64,000 nt of DNA from Pelagibacteraceae bacterium (GTDB lineage Bacteria; Pseudomonadota; Alphaproteobacteria; Methylaequorales; Methylaequoraceae), in assembly GCA_042090305.1 (NCBI GenBank), contig JBELJQ010000001.1, positions 6,959 through 70,958 of the forward strand. The letters run 5' to 3'. Position numbers and translations under genes: made by a program. The notes beneath the pieces are model-generated. The model worked only from the letters and a program-made list of their open reading frames with translations. It was not told where the DNA came from and ran no database searches. Shown here in pieces: positions 18,508 through 28,719 of this stretch. How positions within the stretch are numbered: position 1 is the first letter of the stretch; each line of letters starts with the position of its first letter.

Positions 18508-21500
18508 TTGTTTACAGTAAAAAAATTAAAAATAACGGGTTTTAAATCTTTCGCTCACACAACGGAATTACTGATTGAAGATGGTGTCACTGGAATAATT
18601 GGTCCAAATGGATGCGGAAAGTCAAATATTTTTGAAGCAATAAGATGGGTAATGGGTGAATCCTCATCTAAAAGCCTTAGGTCTAACACTCAAGACGATA
18701 TAATATTCAATGGAACTCAAAACGTACCAGCGAAAAACTTTGCAGAAGTATCGCTAGAGCTAGATAATTTTGAAGGTAATTTATCGAATGTCGTCGATAC
18801 CAGTGAAAAAAAAATAATTATTTCTAGATTATTAGAAAGAGGTGTGGGGTCATTTTTCAAAATAAATAATAATGATGCTCGTGCTAAAGATGTTAGTATT
18901 ATGTTCTATGACTCTGGAAGTGGTGCAAGATCAAGTTCAATAATTAGTCAAGGAAACATTGACCAAATTATTAACTATAAACCTATCGACAGAAAAATAA
19001 TTTTAGAAGATGCTGCTGGAACATCAGGACTTCAAGCAAGACGCCATGAATCTGAACTCAAACTTCATTCAACTGAAACGAATCTTGATAAAATTGATTT
19101 AAATCTAAATAATTTATATGACAATCAAAAAAACCTTTCAAGACAAGCAAGACAAGCAGAAAGATATGAAGAAATTTCAAAGGAAATAAAATATTTACAA
19201 TCAACTCTTCTTTTTCTTGATTGGAAGAAAATTGAAGAAAATATCAGGATTGATTGTCAAAAAAAAAATGCATTAGAAAAAGAAGTTAATCTAATTATAA
19301 ACAATTTTAATAAACAAAAATCTGACTATCTTTATAAAAAGGAACAATTAGGAAATCTTCAAAAAAATAAAGAAGTTTTAAATCAAAATCTATTCAAATT
19401 TGAAAGAACAGTTAGTGAACTAAAATCAAAAATAGAAAATATAACAAATAAAAGAAATGAGATCGTTCGATTTCTTGAGACAATCAAAAAAGATACATAT
19501 AACGAGAAAAAAAATTTAGAGGATACGAGAAATTATATTAAAAAAATTGAGGAAGAACTCTTTAAATCAAACGATATAAATGCTGAAAAAGAAAAACTAC
19601 GAGAATTGAATACTAAAGAGACGGAAGTCAAAAATCAAATTAAAAAATTGGAAACATTATATGTTAATGAAATTCAACTTACACTTGGTGAGGAGTTTAA
19701 ATCGGATAATTTAAAAGAAAATAAAGAGAACCTTGTAAAAAGAAGTAAAAATATCTCTGAAGAAATAGGTAAACTAAATGAAATGAAGAAGAATGATGAA
19801 ATAAATATTTCGACCACAACAGGAATACTTGAAAAGCTCAAAGTAAGTAATAAACAAATTCATTTAGAATTAGTTGAGAAGAAAAATGAAATTGATAATT
19901 GTAATAAAAAAAAGATTCAACTAAGTAGTGATATTCAACAAATAGTTATGAAGATTGAAGTTCAATCCAGACAATTAGCTGAGAAGCAAACTGAAATAAA
20001 GACTTTGAATTTGATTATTGGTGAAAACTCTTTAACACAGGATTCGATTGTGAATCTTTTAAAAATAAAAAAAGGTTATGAAAATGCTGTTTTTGCTGCA
20101 CTTTCTCATGAGTTAGACGCAAAGCTAAAAAAATCAAAGAAAAGGTGGGTGCAAAGCGAACCACTCAGTTTATCTCCTATTGATAATTCTCTAAACAACT
20201 TTTTAGAGGCACCTAATGAGCTTCAACCATTACTTTCTCAAATAATGTTTATAGATGACACTAGTCAAGCCCTAAAGATGCAAAGAAAACTTCAGGTAGG
20301 TCAGCTAATTGTCAATAGAAATGGCACAATCTGGAGATGGGATGGATTTATTTCTGAAGATAACCTCCAAAAAAAGAAATTAATAGATTCTCAACTAAAA
20401 ATTAACGAGTTATCTGAAAGTGAAAAGAAAATAAGTACAGAACTTCTTAATTTAGAAAGAATGAAAAAAACTAAATCAAAAGAAGAAAATATTAATTCAG
20501 AAAAGATAGAGAAATTAAATTACTCATTAGAAAAACTCTATAAGGAGTTAGACATTAATTCGCCAAAAATATCAAAATACAATGAACAAATATCAATTTT
20601 TAACATTAATTTAGAAAACAACCTACTTAAAATTAAAAATCTTACTGTTGAGCTTAATGAAATAAATTCACAATTAAATGAAATTAAAACTTTAGAATCT
20701 TCTTCATTAAAAAATAGTAAGAATGAATCTGATAATGTGCAAAGTAAAATATCAGAGTTAGATGAAGGGCTTGAAGGAATTAGAAATGAGATTAATACAC
20801 TGAAACAAAAGTTAATGAAAGAGGAATTAAATAAAACGTATTATCAAAATGATCTTTCAAAAAGTAAAAAGCGATATGACGAAGCACTCAAAAGATTATC
20901 CACTCTAAATGAAAGAGAAGAATTTTATAATAAAGAAAATAACAAACTTGACTTACAGCCATCGGATATAATTACAAAAATAAAAGAGAATGAGGGTAAT
21001 TATAACAAAATAAATGATCAAATTAAAAATAATCAAGACCAACAAAATGAAATAATTCATCAACTAAATAATGACGAAAAGTTTTTAAACAAAATCGATA
21101 GAGATAGAGAAACAAAAAAAAGTCAAATTGTAATAATAGAAACAAATATCGAAAATTATAATGTAAATGAAAAAGAGCTTAGAACTCAAATTTATGAAAA
21201 AACAAAGCTTCAGCCTGAGGAGTTAAAAGAATCGCTAAATAATGAGGACCATAATCTTAGCAATTATACTGATATTAAAAAAAAATTAGATAAATTTTCA
21301 TATCAAAGGGAACAAATGGGACCCGTAAATCTAAGAGCAAGATTGGAAGAAGAAGAAATTAAAAAATCTATAGATAACTTAGAGTTAGAAAAGGATGATT
21401 TAGTTCAAGCTATAGAAAAATTAAGAATAGCTATTAATAAAATAAATCATGAAGGAAGAAAAAGGTTGGTAGAGGCTTTTGAGAAGGTGGATAGGAATTT

Positions 21501-21939
21501 TACAAGTCTATTTAAAAAATTATTTGATGGTGGTGAAGCAAAACTAGAGTTAATAAAGTCTGATGACCCATTACAAACAGGTATAGAAATTTATGCAAGA
21601 CCTCCTGGAAAAAAACTCTCATCATTGTCTTTGTTATCAGGTGGTGAAAAAACTTTAACTGCAATTTCTTTAATTTTTTCTATTTTTTTAATTAATCCTT
21701 CTCCAATGTGTATTTTGGACGAGGTGGATGCTGCACTTGATGAAATTAATATACAAAAATTTTGCAAATTATTAAGTGAGCTAAAAAGTAGTACAAAAAC
21801 AAAATTTTTAATAATAACCCATAACAAAATTACAATGTCATCATTGGATAGAGTTTACGGCGTAACAATGGCTCAGAAAGGTATTTCTGATGTTGTGTCG
21901 GTAGACTTTAAAGATGGTAATCTAAAACAAGCTGTATGA
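18508..21939 (+). CDS. smc: chromosome segregation protein SMC
   Basis: 1143 aa; N-terminal Walker A GPNGCGKSNI; long coiled coils; hinge; C-terminal LSGGEKTLTAISLIFSIF plus Walker B ILDEVDAALD. Probable TTG start. Confidence 0.95.
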   Translation: MFTVKKLKITGFKSFAHTTELLIEDGVTGIIGPNGCGKSNIFEAIRWVMGESSSKSLRSNTQDDIIFNGTQNVPAKNFAEVSLELDNFEGNLSNVVDTSEKKIIISRLLERGVGSFFKINNNDARAKDVSIMFYDSGSGARSSSIISQGNIDQIINYKPIDRKIILEDAAGTSGLQARRHESELKLHSTETNLDKIDLNLNNLYDNQKNLSRQARQAERYEEISKEIKYLQSTLLFLDWKKIEENIRIDCQKKNALEKEVNLIINNFNKQKSDYLYKKEQLGNLQKNKEVLNQNLFKFERTVSELKSKIENITNKRNEIVRFLETIKKDTYNEKKNLEDTRNYIKKIEEELFKSNDINAEKEKLRELNTKETEVKNQIKKLETLYVNEIQLTLGEEFKSDNLKENKENLVKRSKNISEEIGKLNEMKKNDEINISTTTGILEKLKVSNKQIHLELVEKKNEIDNCNKKKIQLSSDIQQIVMKIEVQSRQLAEKQTEIKTLNLIIGENSLTQDSIVNLLKIKKGYENAVFAALSHELDAKLKKSKKRWVQSEPLSLSPIDNSLNNFLEAPNELQPLLSQIMFIDDTSQALKMQRKLQVGQLIVNRNGTIWRWDGFISEDNLQKKKLIDSQLKINELSESEKKISTELLNLERMKKTKSKEENINSEKIEKLNYSLEKLYKELDINSPKISKYNEQISIFNINLENNLLKIKNLTVELNEINSQLNEIKTLESSSLKNSKNESDNVQSKISELDEGLEGIRNEINTLKQKLMKEELNKTYYQNDLSKSKKRYDEALKRLSTLNEREEFYNKENNKLDLQPSDIITKIKENEGNYNKINDQIKNNQDQQNEIIHQLNNDEKFLNKIDRDRETKKSQIVIIETNIENYNVNEKELRTQIYEKTKLQPEELKESLNNEDHNLSNYTDIKKKLDKFSYQREQMGPVNLRARLEEEEIKKSIDNLELEKDDLVQAIEKLRIAINKINHEGRKRLVEAFEKVDRNFTSLFKKLFDGGEAKLELIKSDDPLQTGIEIYARPPGKKLSSLSLLSGGEKTLTAISLIFSIFLINPSPMCILDEVDAALDEINIQKFCKLLSELKSSTKTKFLIITHNKITMSSLDRVYGVTMAQKGISDVVSVDFKDGNLKQAV

Positions 21940-22220
21940 CGAAAACCAAACTTAGTGATAAAATTAGTGAAAAATTAAATACTAATAAGATTAGCAATGG
22001 AAAAAAAAATAATTTGAAAAATAAGTCTGGTTACGGTCTTGGGATTAAAATTTCATTAGATTTATTATCCTCAGCAGTTGTAGGTACTCTTATTGGAATA
22101 GGACTAGATAAAATTTTTTTAACTAAACCTATATTTTTTATAATATTTTTGCTATTAGGGTTTATTGCTGGATTTTTTAATTTATATAAATCAGTAAAAA
22201 ACTTAAATAATTTAGACTAA
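21936..22220 (+). CDS. atpI: ATP synthase protein I (AtpI/AtpZ family)
   Basis: 94 aa, Lys-rich N-terminus plus two TM helices, immediately upstream of atpB, as in alphaproteobacterial F0 operons. Confidence 0.6.
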   Translation: MTKTKLSDKISEKLNTNKISNGKKNNLKNKSGYGLGIKISLDLLSSAVVGTLIGIGLDKIFLTKPIFFIIFLLLGFIAGFFNLYKSVKNLNNLD

Positions 22221-22230
22221 GAGGTAAAAA

Positions 22231-22971
22231 TTGGCTAGTCCCCTTTCACAATTTGAAATAAAAACAATCATTCCAATTGAAGTATTTGGATATGACATTT
22301 CTTTTACTAATTCGTCATTAGCAATGCTTTCAACTGTAATTTTAATGATTGTATTTATGATTTTTGGATTAAAGAAATCTTCAATTATACCATCTAGAAG
22401 CCAATCGATTTTAGAGTCTACATATGAATTTATTGCAAATATGATTGGTGATAATATTGGACAGGAGGGCTTAAAATATTTCTCCTTTATTTTCACTTTA
22501 TTCCTTTTTATACTTTTGGGAAATCTTTTGGGAATGTTCCCATATAGTTTTACTTGGACAAGTCACATAATAGTAACATTTGCAATTGCTTTTGTTATTT
22601 TTTTAGGTGTTACCCTAATAGCAATCTTTAAACATGGGTTAAGAAAATTTTTAGGATTTTTTGCGCCATCTGGCGTTCCAAAACCTATGTTATTATTGCT
22701 TATTCCTATAGAAATAATTTCATACCTTTCACGCCCAGTTAGCCTTTCAGTAAGACTATTTGCTAATATGATGGCTGGACACACTTTACTGAAAGTTATT
22801 GGTGGTTTTGTCTTTGTACTTGGAGCCAATACTTTTATTATAGGTGGTGCATTACCACTTGCTTTCTTGATAGCTCTTACAGGTTTAGAAATTGTAATTG
22901 CATTTCTTCAAGCTTACGTATTTGCAATATTAACTTGTTTATATATTAATGATGCAATACATTTACATTAA
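22231..22971 (+). CDS. atpB: F0F1 ATP synthase subunit a
   Basis: Conserved LFANMMAGH and essential Arg region (LSVRLFANM). TTG start with a GAGG Shine-Dalgarno. Confidence 0.95.
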   Translation: MASPLSQFEIKTIIPIEVFGYDISFTNSSLAMLSTVILMIVFMIFGLKKSSIIPSRSQSILESTYEFIANMIGDNIGQEGLKYFSFIFTLFLFILLGNLLGMFPYSFTWTSHIIVTFAIAFVIFLGVTLIAIFKHGLRKFLGFFAPSGVPKPMLLLLIPIEIISYLSRPVSLSVRLFANMMAGHTLLKVIGGFVFVLGANTFIIGGALPLAFLIALTGLEIVIAFLQAYVFAILTCLYINDAIHLH

Positions 22972-22997
22972 CTTTTAACATTAGGAGATAATTAATT

Positions 22998-23225
22998 ATG
23001 GATATAGAATCTGCAAAATTACTAGGAGCTGGAATAGCTGTTTTAGGTGTGATTGGTTCTGGAATTGGTATTGGTTCAATCTTTGCCGCGTTCATTTCTG
23101 CTGTCGGAAGAAATCCTGAAGCAAGAGAACATGTATTCACAATGACAATGCTTGGATTTGCTTTAGTTGAAGCACTTGCTCTATTTGCATTGATTATTGC
23201 ATTGCTATTATTATTTGTATTTTAA
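22998..23225 (+). CDS. atpE: F0F1 ATP synthase subunit c
   Basis: 75-aa hairpin with GRNPEA loop and the carboxylate helix FALVEALALF. Confidence 0.95.
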   Translation: MDIESAKLLGAGIAVLGVIGSGIGIGSIFAAFISAVGRNPEAREHVFTMTMLGFALVEALALFALIIALLLLFVF

Positions 23226-23228
23226 ATT

Positions 23229-23798
23229 ATGTTAAATAAGATATTAATATCTTGGATATTGATTTTTAATTCAGTTAACCTTAAAGCAGCTGAAGGGCAA
23301 GGAGGAATGCCTCAGTTAAACCCCGAGACTTTTAGCTCACAATTATTCTGGTTAACTATTTTCTTCTTTTTAATCTTAATTTTAAACCACTTCTTCTTTT
23401 TACCTAGAATTGAAAGAATAAGAGAACAACGAAAAAAAACAATAGATAGTTATGTTGAAGAAGCTAAGATAATAAATGATTCTGTAATAGAAATAATTGA
23501 AAGAATAGAAAAAGATTATAAAGTTGCAAAGGATGAATACAGTTCTTTAGTAAAAGAGGTTTATGAAAAAAATAAAGCTTCATACGATTTAGAAGTTAAA
23601 GATTTGACTAAAAAAATAGAAGAAAAGAAAGAAACTTTTACAAACGAACTAAAGGTTACTGAAGAATCCTTGAGGAAGTCAATACCAAAAATTTGCATAG
23701 AACTTTCAGATAAACTTTATGAAAATATAATGAGTGAAAAAAAACCTGCAAATCTAAATGAATTTGAAGATTTTGAAAGGAGTAATAATGGATCTTAG
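23229..23798 (+). CDS. atpF2: F0F1 ATP synthase subunit b'
   Basis: Single N-terminal TM helix followed by a long charged coiled coil; position between atpE and atpF. Confidence 0.8.
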   Translation: MLNKILISWILIFNSVNLKAAEGQGGMPQLNPETFSSQLFWLTIFFFLILILNHFFFLPRIERIREQRKKTIDSYVEEAKIINDSVIEIIERIEKDYKVAKDEYSSLVKEVYEKNKASYDLEVKDLTKKIEEKKETFTNELKVTEESLRKSIPKICIELSDKLYENIMSEKKPANLNEFEDFERSNNGS

Positions 23799-24282
23799 TT
23801 TTCTTGATGATTCCACACTTTGGGTTGGGATCTCTTTCATTCTATTTATTTTATTAATCATAAAACCAGCAATATCAGGTTTGTCTAAGACAGTTGATTC
23901 ACAAATAGATTCATTAAGGAAAAATCTTGAAGAATCAGAAAAGTTAATGAACGACGCTAAAGCCTTGTTAGAAGAACATAAAGTTAAAGAAAAAGAAAAT
24001 ATCAAAAATATTTCAGATTTGAAAAGTAGGGCTATTAATGACGCTAAAGTAATTGAAAAAAAAATGAAGGAAGAAATTAATTTAGCTATCAAGCGTAAAG
24101 AGACTAACTTTAATATTATCATTAAACAAATGGAAGAAAATTTAAAAGATAAAATCCAAGAAGAAATAATGAACAAAACAGTTCAGTTTACACAATTAAG
24201 GATAAAGAATAATATTTCCAAAAATCACGATGATAAATTTATTAAAGAATCCTTAAAAAAAATTCCAAAACAATTGTCATAG
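23788..24282 (+). CDS. atpF: F0F1 ATP synthase subunit b
   Basis: TM helix plus coiled coil. The start is taken at MDLSFL (23788), which has an AAAGGAG Shine-Dalgarno 7 nt upstream, rather than the track start at 23758. Confidence 0.8.
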   Translation: MDLSFLDDSTLWVGISFILFILLIIKPAISGLSKTVDSQIDSLRKNLEESEKLMNDAKALLEEHKVKEKENIKNISDLKSRAINDAKVIEKKMKEEINLAIKRKETNFNIIIKQMEENLKDKIQEEIMNKTVQFTQLRIKNNISKNHDDKFIKESLKKIPKQLS

Positions 24283-24288
24283 AGTTGT

Positions 24289-25242
24289 ATGGCAGTACAT
24301 ACAATACTTTCTAAAAACGAATTACTAGAAGTACTGTCAAATTATAATATTGGTGATTTAGTTTCTTTTGAAGGTATCTTAGAGGGAATTGAAAATACAA
24401 ATTATAACCTTAAAACAGAAAAAGATAAATTTATATTAACCATATTTGAAGATAGAATTAATTATCAATCGATACCCTTCTATATAAATGTTATGCAGAA
24501 TTCATTTGAGAAGGGTTTAAATTGTCCAATTGCAATCAAGGATAATAGAGGTAATTTTACTAATAAATTTAAGGATAAGAAATTTGGTATTTTTAAATTT
24601 ATTAAGGGAAAATCAAAAAAAGTATATTCAGAAAAAGATTGTTTTGAAGTTGGGAAAATTATGGCTAATTTCCATAAAATAAATAAAAATCTAATAAATA
24701 AGCATGAAAATAGTTATAGTCTAAATTTCTGGATCCGTTTATTTAAAGAATATAGAAATTCCTTAAATATTATAATTCCTGGATCTCAAAATATCATTGA
24801 AGATGAAATCAAATTTCTAACCAAACTCTGGCCAAGAGAATTACCAAAAGGAATTATTCATGCTGATATGTTTCCGGATAATGTGCTATTTCGTTCAAAA
24901 GAAATACCAGGAATTATTGACTTTTACTTTTCATGCTATGATTTCTTATCATATGACCTAGCTATATTGATAAATGCTTGGTGTTTTCAGAATAATAAAT
25001 TTAATTGGAGACTAGCCAAACAAATTATTCGGGGATATGAATCCGTAAGAAAGATTACTATTAATGAAAAAAAAAAGTTTAATATTCTTTTAAGGGGTGC
25101 TTGTTTGAGGTTTCTTTTAACTAGGGTACAGGATACTAAAAAGTGTGTTGATGATAAAATGTTAAATATTAAAAATCCTGTTGATTTCTATGAAAGGTTA
25201 TTATTTCACAAAAATATTCGTGGTAACTATGATTTCTTCTGA
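24289..25242 (+). CDS. thrB: homoserine kinase type II (aminoglycoside-phosphotransferase fold)
   Basis: APH-like catalytic IIHADMFPDNVLF and DFYFSCYD motifs; N-terminus typical of non-canonical ThrB. Confidence 0.75.
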   Translation: MAVHTILSKNELLEVLSNYNIGDLVSFEGILEGIENTNYNLKTEKDKFILTIFEDRINYQSIPFYINVMQNSFEKGLNCPIAIKDNRGNFTNKFKDKKFGIFKFIKGKSKKVYSEKDCFEVGKIMANFHKINKNLINKHENSYSLNFWIRLFKEYRNSLNIIIPGSQNIIEDEIKFLTKLWPRELPKGIIHADMFPDNVLFRSKEIPGIIDFYFSCYDFLSYDLAILINAWCFQNNKFNWRLAKQIIRGYESVRKITINEKKKFNILLRGACLRFLLTRVQDTKKCVDDKMLNIKNPVDFYERLLFHKNIRGNYDFF

Positions 25243-25693
25243 AAGATATGACTTTATTATTTATACAGATGGTGCCTGCTTAGGTAACCCAGGTGAAGGT
25301 GGTTGGGCGGGAATAATTTATAATTCTAAAGACAATCATAAAAGAATCATTGTTGGGTCTGAACAATATACCACAAATAACAGAATGGAACTATTAGCGG
25401 TTATAGAGTCCCTAAAAGCAATAAGTTTTAATACTAATGTCAAAATTTACAGTGATAGTAAATATGTTTTGGAAGGAATAACAAAATGGATACATAATTG
25501 GAAAAAGAATAATTGGATGAGTTCTAATAAAAAAAAGATAAAGAATATAGATTTATGGGAAGAATTGGATGATTTAGTGAAAAGATTTAACATTAGTTGG
25601 GAGTGGGTTAAAGGTCATAGTGATGACAAAAATAACAATGAGGCAGATGAATTAGCTAGGTTAGAAGCTCAAAACTTACTTGATCGATTGTAA
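25229..25693 (+). CDS. rnhA: ribonuclease HI
   Basis: TDGACLGNPGEGGWAGII...TNNRMEL...YSDSKYV...HSDD catalytic DEDD residues. Start moved to the second Met (25229). Confidence 0.9.
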   Translation: MISSERYDFIIYTDGACLGNPGEGGWAGIIYNSKDNHKRIIVGSEQYTTNNRMELLAVIESLKAISFNTNVKIYSDSKYVLEGITKWIHNWKKNNWMSSNKKKIKNIDLWEELDDLVKRFNISWEWVKGHSDDKNNNEADELARLEAQNLLDRL

Positions 25694-26158
25694 AACAATA
25701 TCTGCTCTACTACTCTCAAGTCCACCACCGTTTTCATCAAAAATTTTCATAACCAAACCATTATCGATGATTATTGCAAAACGTGAAAGTCTTTTGCCAA
25801 GGCCTACAGACGTAAGATCAAGGGTTGTACCTAACTTTTCCATAATTTCTCCATAACTATCGGCTAAAAAATCTATATCAGTTTCGTTAAATTGTTTTCC
25901 CCATTCTTTCATAACAAATGGATCATTTACAGACACAAAACAAATTTTATCAATTCCACTAGAAAAGAATTCCTTTTTTATCTTTATGTAACCTGGAAGA
26001 TGTTCCTCTGAACAAGTAGGCGTGAATGCTCCCGGTACAGAAACTAAAACTACTTTTTTATCATTGAAAAGTTCTGAGGTTTTTATAGAGATAGGTCCAT
26101 TATTACTCATGGTATACAAGCTAACTTCTGGGAAACAGTCTCCCTCTTTAATTTTCAT
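25676..26158 (-). CDS. peroxiredoxin (Prx5 subfamily)
   Basis: PGAFTPTCS peroxidatic-Cys motif. Confidence 0.85.
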   Translation of the reverse strand: MKIKEGDCFPEVSLYTMSNNGPISIKTSELFNDKKVVLVSVPGAFTPTCSEEHLPGYIKIKKEFFSSGIDKICFVSVNDPFVMKEWGKQFNETDIDFLADSYGEIMEKLGTTLDLTSVGLGKRLSRFAIIIDNGLVMKIFDENGGGLESSRADIVLQSIK

Positions 26159-28103
26159 TTAACACCTCATTAATCTTTTCTAATACAATATCCTGAGAAA
26201 GTATTTCTGGCAATAGAATTCCATCTTTATTATTTTTGTAATATATAACATTGAGCGGGATACCGTATCTGTCATGCTTAGAAATAAATTCTAGTATTGA
26301 TTCATTTCTATTTGTCCAATCAGCTCTTAATAATTTAACGTTTTTTTCAACGAAAAGCTTAGAAACAGTTCCAGATTCTAGAGTGGTAAGTTTATTAAGT
26401 TGACAAGTAATACACCAATCAGCTGTAACATCTACAAAAATCAGATCATTATTTTTAATATAGCTTTCAAGAAGCCGAGTGCTAAAGTTTTCCCATTTTA
26501 ATTTCTTATCATTATTATTATAAAAAAGTAATAGAATAAAGATTAATATGGTTGCACTAGTAAAATAAAGTTTACTTGTAATTTTTTTTCTAGCAACAGA
26601 AACTATAGTTAGAGAGATAATTAATAATAGTATTAAAAATACATTTATTTTTAACAAACTAAGTAACCACGCTAATGTTAGCAGAAGAAGTAAGCCTAAG
26701 AATATCTTGAAATTCGTCATCCAATTTCCCGGTTTGGGGAGTATTTTTATCATATTTGGGAAAATTAAAAAGCATATGTATGGCGTTGCAAAGCCTAACG
26801 AAATAGCTAGAAATATAGTCATGATTATATAAGTTGAACCTACCATGGAAAATCCAACTGCAGTTCCTAGAAAAGGTGCACTGCATGGTGTTGCCATTAA
26901 TGTTGAGAATATTCCAGTGAAAAAATGACTAAATTTTTTATTGTTATTTGTAAAGTTATATAAATACTGATTAAGTTTTTGAGGTAAAACTATTTCAAAT
27001 AAGCCTAATAAGTTTAAGCTAAAAATTAATGTTATTATTGTTATAAAGATTATAAAATACTGATTTTGAAAATGAAAACCCCAACCAACTTCAGTGCCAA
27101 TATTCTTTAATAAAACAATAAAAATACCCAACAAAATAAATGAAAATATAATTCCCAGAATAGTAAATAAACTTGCCTTTTTTATCTCGTTTGGTTGAGA
27201 TTTAATTAGTGAGGAAAATGTAAGAAGTTTTAAGGATAGCACTGGTAGTACACATGGCATGAAATTGAGAATCATACCACCAATAAATGCTAGTAGATAA
27301 AACCATAAAAAATTATTTCCTTTAGATTCTTTTTTTATATCAAACGGAATCTCGAAAAAATCGTTGCCATCAGACAGAGAGATTAATATTGGTTGTGATA
27401 ATTCTGATAAATTCTTTTCTGACTTAATGATATTTAAGTCATTATTTATTTTCTTATTTTTCTCTAAAGTAAGTGTAGACTCAGAAGAAAACAAAAAAAT
27501 ATCTTTTATTGTAAGGTCGTTATTCGTTTTTATCTCAAACTTTAACGAATTTTTATCAATATTTTCTCTTTTAATTATGCTAAATTTTGAATTACCTTTT
27601 TTAGGTACTGTTTTATAAAATTCTTCAAAATAATTTGAATTTTGGATATTATCTAAATTTAAATTAATTTTTTTTTTTTCTGAAATTGGAATGCAAATAT
27701 CCTTACACACCAAATAGTCAATTTTTATGGTTGTAATAATTTTTCTGAAATTTTTAGAAATAATTTTTATTGGAAATAATACTTCATTTTCGTAACCTAT
27801 TGTCAAAATATCATCATCAAAAAATCTATTAGGGAATGGGAATAGAATTTCTGTTTTTATCTCACTATCATCTTCTAAAACTTCAATACTTAGTGGGAGT
27901 CCTGCATCACCTGGATTTTTCCAGTATGTTTTCCAACCTTTTTTCATTGTAAACTTCAAACCAAAATAATAATCATCTTTTATTTTAAAAACTGCATCAT
28001 TTGGAACAACACTCACCTCTGCAGGCTTTTGGTCTTCAATGTTATTACAATTTGCAACATCAGAGATAACTATTAATAGTATTAAAATAAGAATGTACTT
28101 CAT
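26148..28103 (-). CDS. dsbD: thiol:disulfide interchange protein DsbD
   Basis: N-terminal periplasmic alpha domain, central TM domain with paired Cys (MPCVLPVL ... TPCSAPFL) and a C-terminal thioredoxin WCITCQ. Confidence 0.85.
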   Translation of the reverse strand: MKYILILILLIVISDVANCNNIEDQKPAEVSVVPNDAVFKIKDDYYFGLKFTMKKGWKTYWKNPGDAGLPLSIEVLEDDSEIKTEILFPFPNRFFDDDILTIGYENEVLFPIKIISKNFRKIITTIKIDYLVCKDICIPISEKKKINLNLDNIQNSNYFEEFYKTVPKKGNSKFSIIKRENIDKNSLKFEIKTNNDLTIKDIFLFSSESTLTLEKNKKINNDLNIIKSEKNLSELSQPILISLSDGNDFFEIPFDIKKESKGNNFLWFYLLAFIGGMILNFMPCVLPVLSLKLLTFSSLIKSQPNEIKKASLFTILGIIFSFILLGIFIVLLKNIGTEVGWGFHFQNQYFIIFITIITLIFSLNLLGLFEIVLPQKLNQYLYNFTNNNKKFSHFFTGIFSTLMATPCSAPFLGTAVGFSMVGSTYIIMTIFLAISLGFATPYICFLIFPNMIKILPKPGNWMTNFKIFLGLLLLLTLAWLLSLLKINVFLILLLIISLTIVSVARKKITSKLYFTSATILIFILLLFYNNNDKKLKWENFSTRLLESYIKNNDLIFVDVTADWCITCQLNKLTTLESGTVSKLFVEKNVKLLRADWTNRNESILEFISKHDRYGIPLNVIYYKNNKDGILLPEILSQDIVLEKINEVLNEN

Positions 28104-28152
28104 ATAATTTCTTCTAATTGAATATTTGTAATTTATTTGTAATAATTTAAGT

Positions 28153-28719
28153 ATGAAAAAATTTAATTTAAAGGGTAATATTTTGTGTGCACTTCCACAA
28201 CTAAAAGATATTTTCTTTTCAAGAAGTATTATTTATATAACTCATCACAATAAAGATGGTGCTGTAGGAATTGTATTAAATTATAAGATTATGAGTATAA
28301 AAGGTGCTGAACTATTCACAAAATTAAATATCAAAGGTGATGTAAAAAATAATGATTTAACATTTCCATTTCATATAGGAGGTCCACTCAATCAAAATAA
28401 TGGTTTTATATTACATTCCAATGACTATAAAAATCAATCAACAATCAAAGTATCAAAAAATGTTAATTTGACAGTATCAACAGAAATTATTATTGATATA
28501 GCAAGAAGCCAAGGACCTAGTAAGTATTTTATATCTCTAGGTTATTCTGGGTGGGCACCTGGTCAGTTAGAAGATGAACTAAAAAACAATAGTTGGATTA
28601 ATATTAGTGAGGAAACTGACTTATTATTTAATTGTGAGACAGAAAAAAGATGGACAAATGCCATAAAAAAAACTGGTATAGATTTTTCAAAATTTTCAAG
28701 TTTGTCAGGTCGTGCCTGA
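28153..28719 (+). CDS. YqgE/AlgH family protein (UPF0301)
   Basis: N-terminal FFSRSIIYITHHNKDGAVGIVLN matches the family core. Confidence 0.75.
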   Translation: MKKFNLKGNILCALPQLKDIFFSRSIIYITHHNKDGAVGIVLNYKIMSIKGAELFTKLNIKGDVKNNDLTFPFHIGGPLNQNNGFILHSNDYKNQSTIKVSKNVNLTVSTEIIIDIARSQGPSKYFISLGYSGWAPGQLEDELKNNSWINISEETDLLFNCETEKRWTNAIKKTGIDFSKFSSLSGRA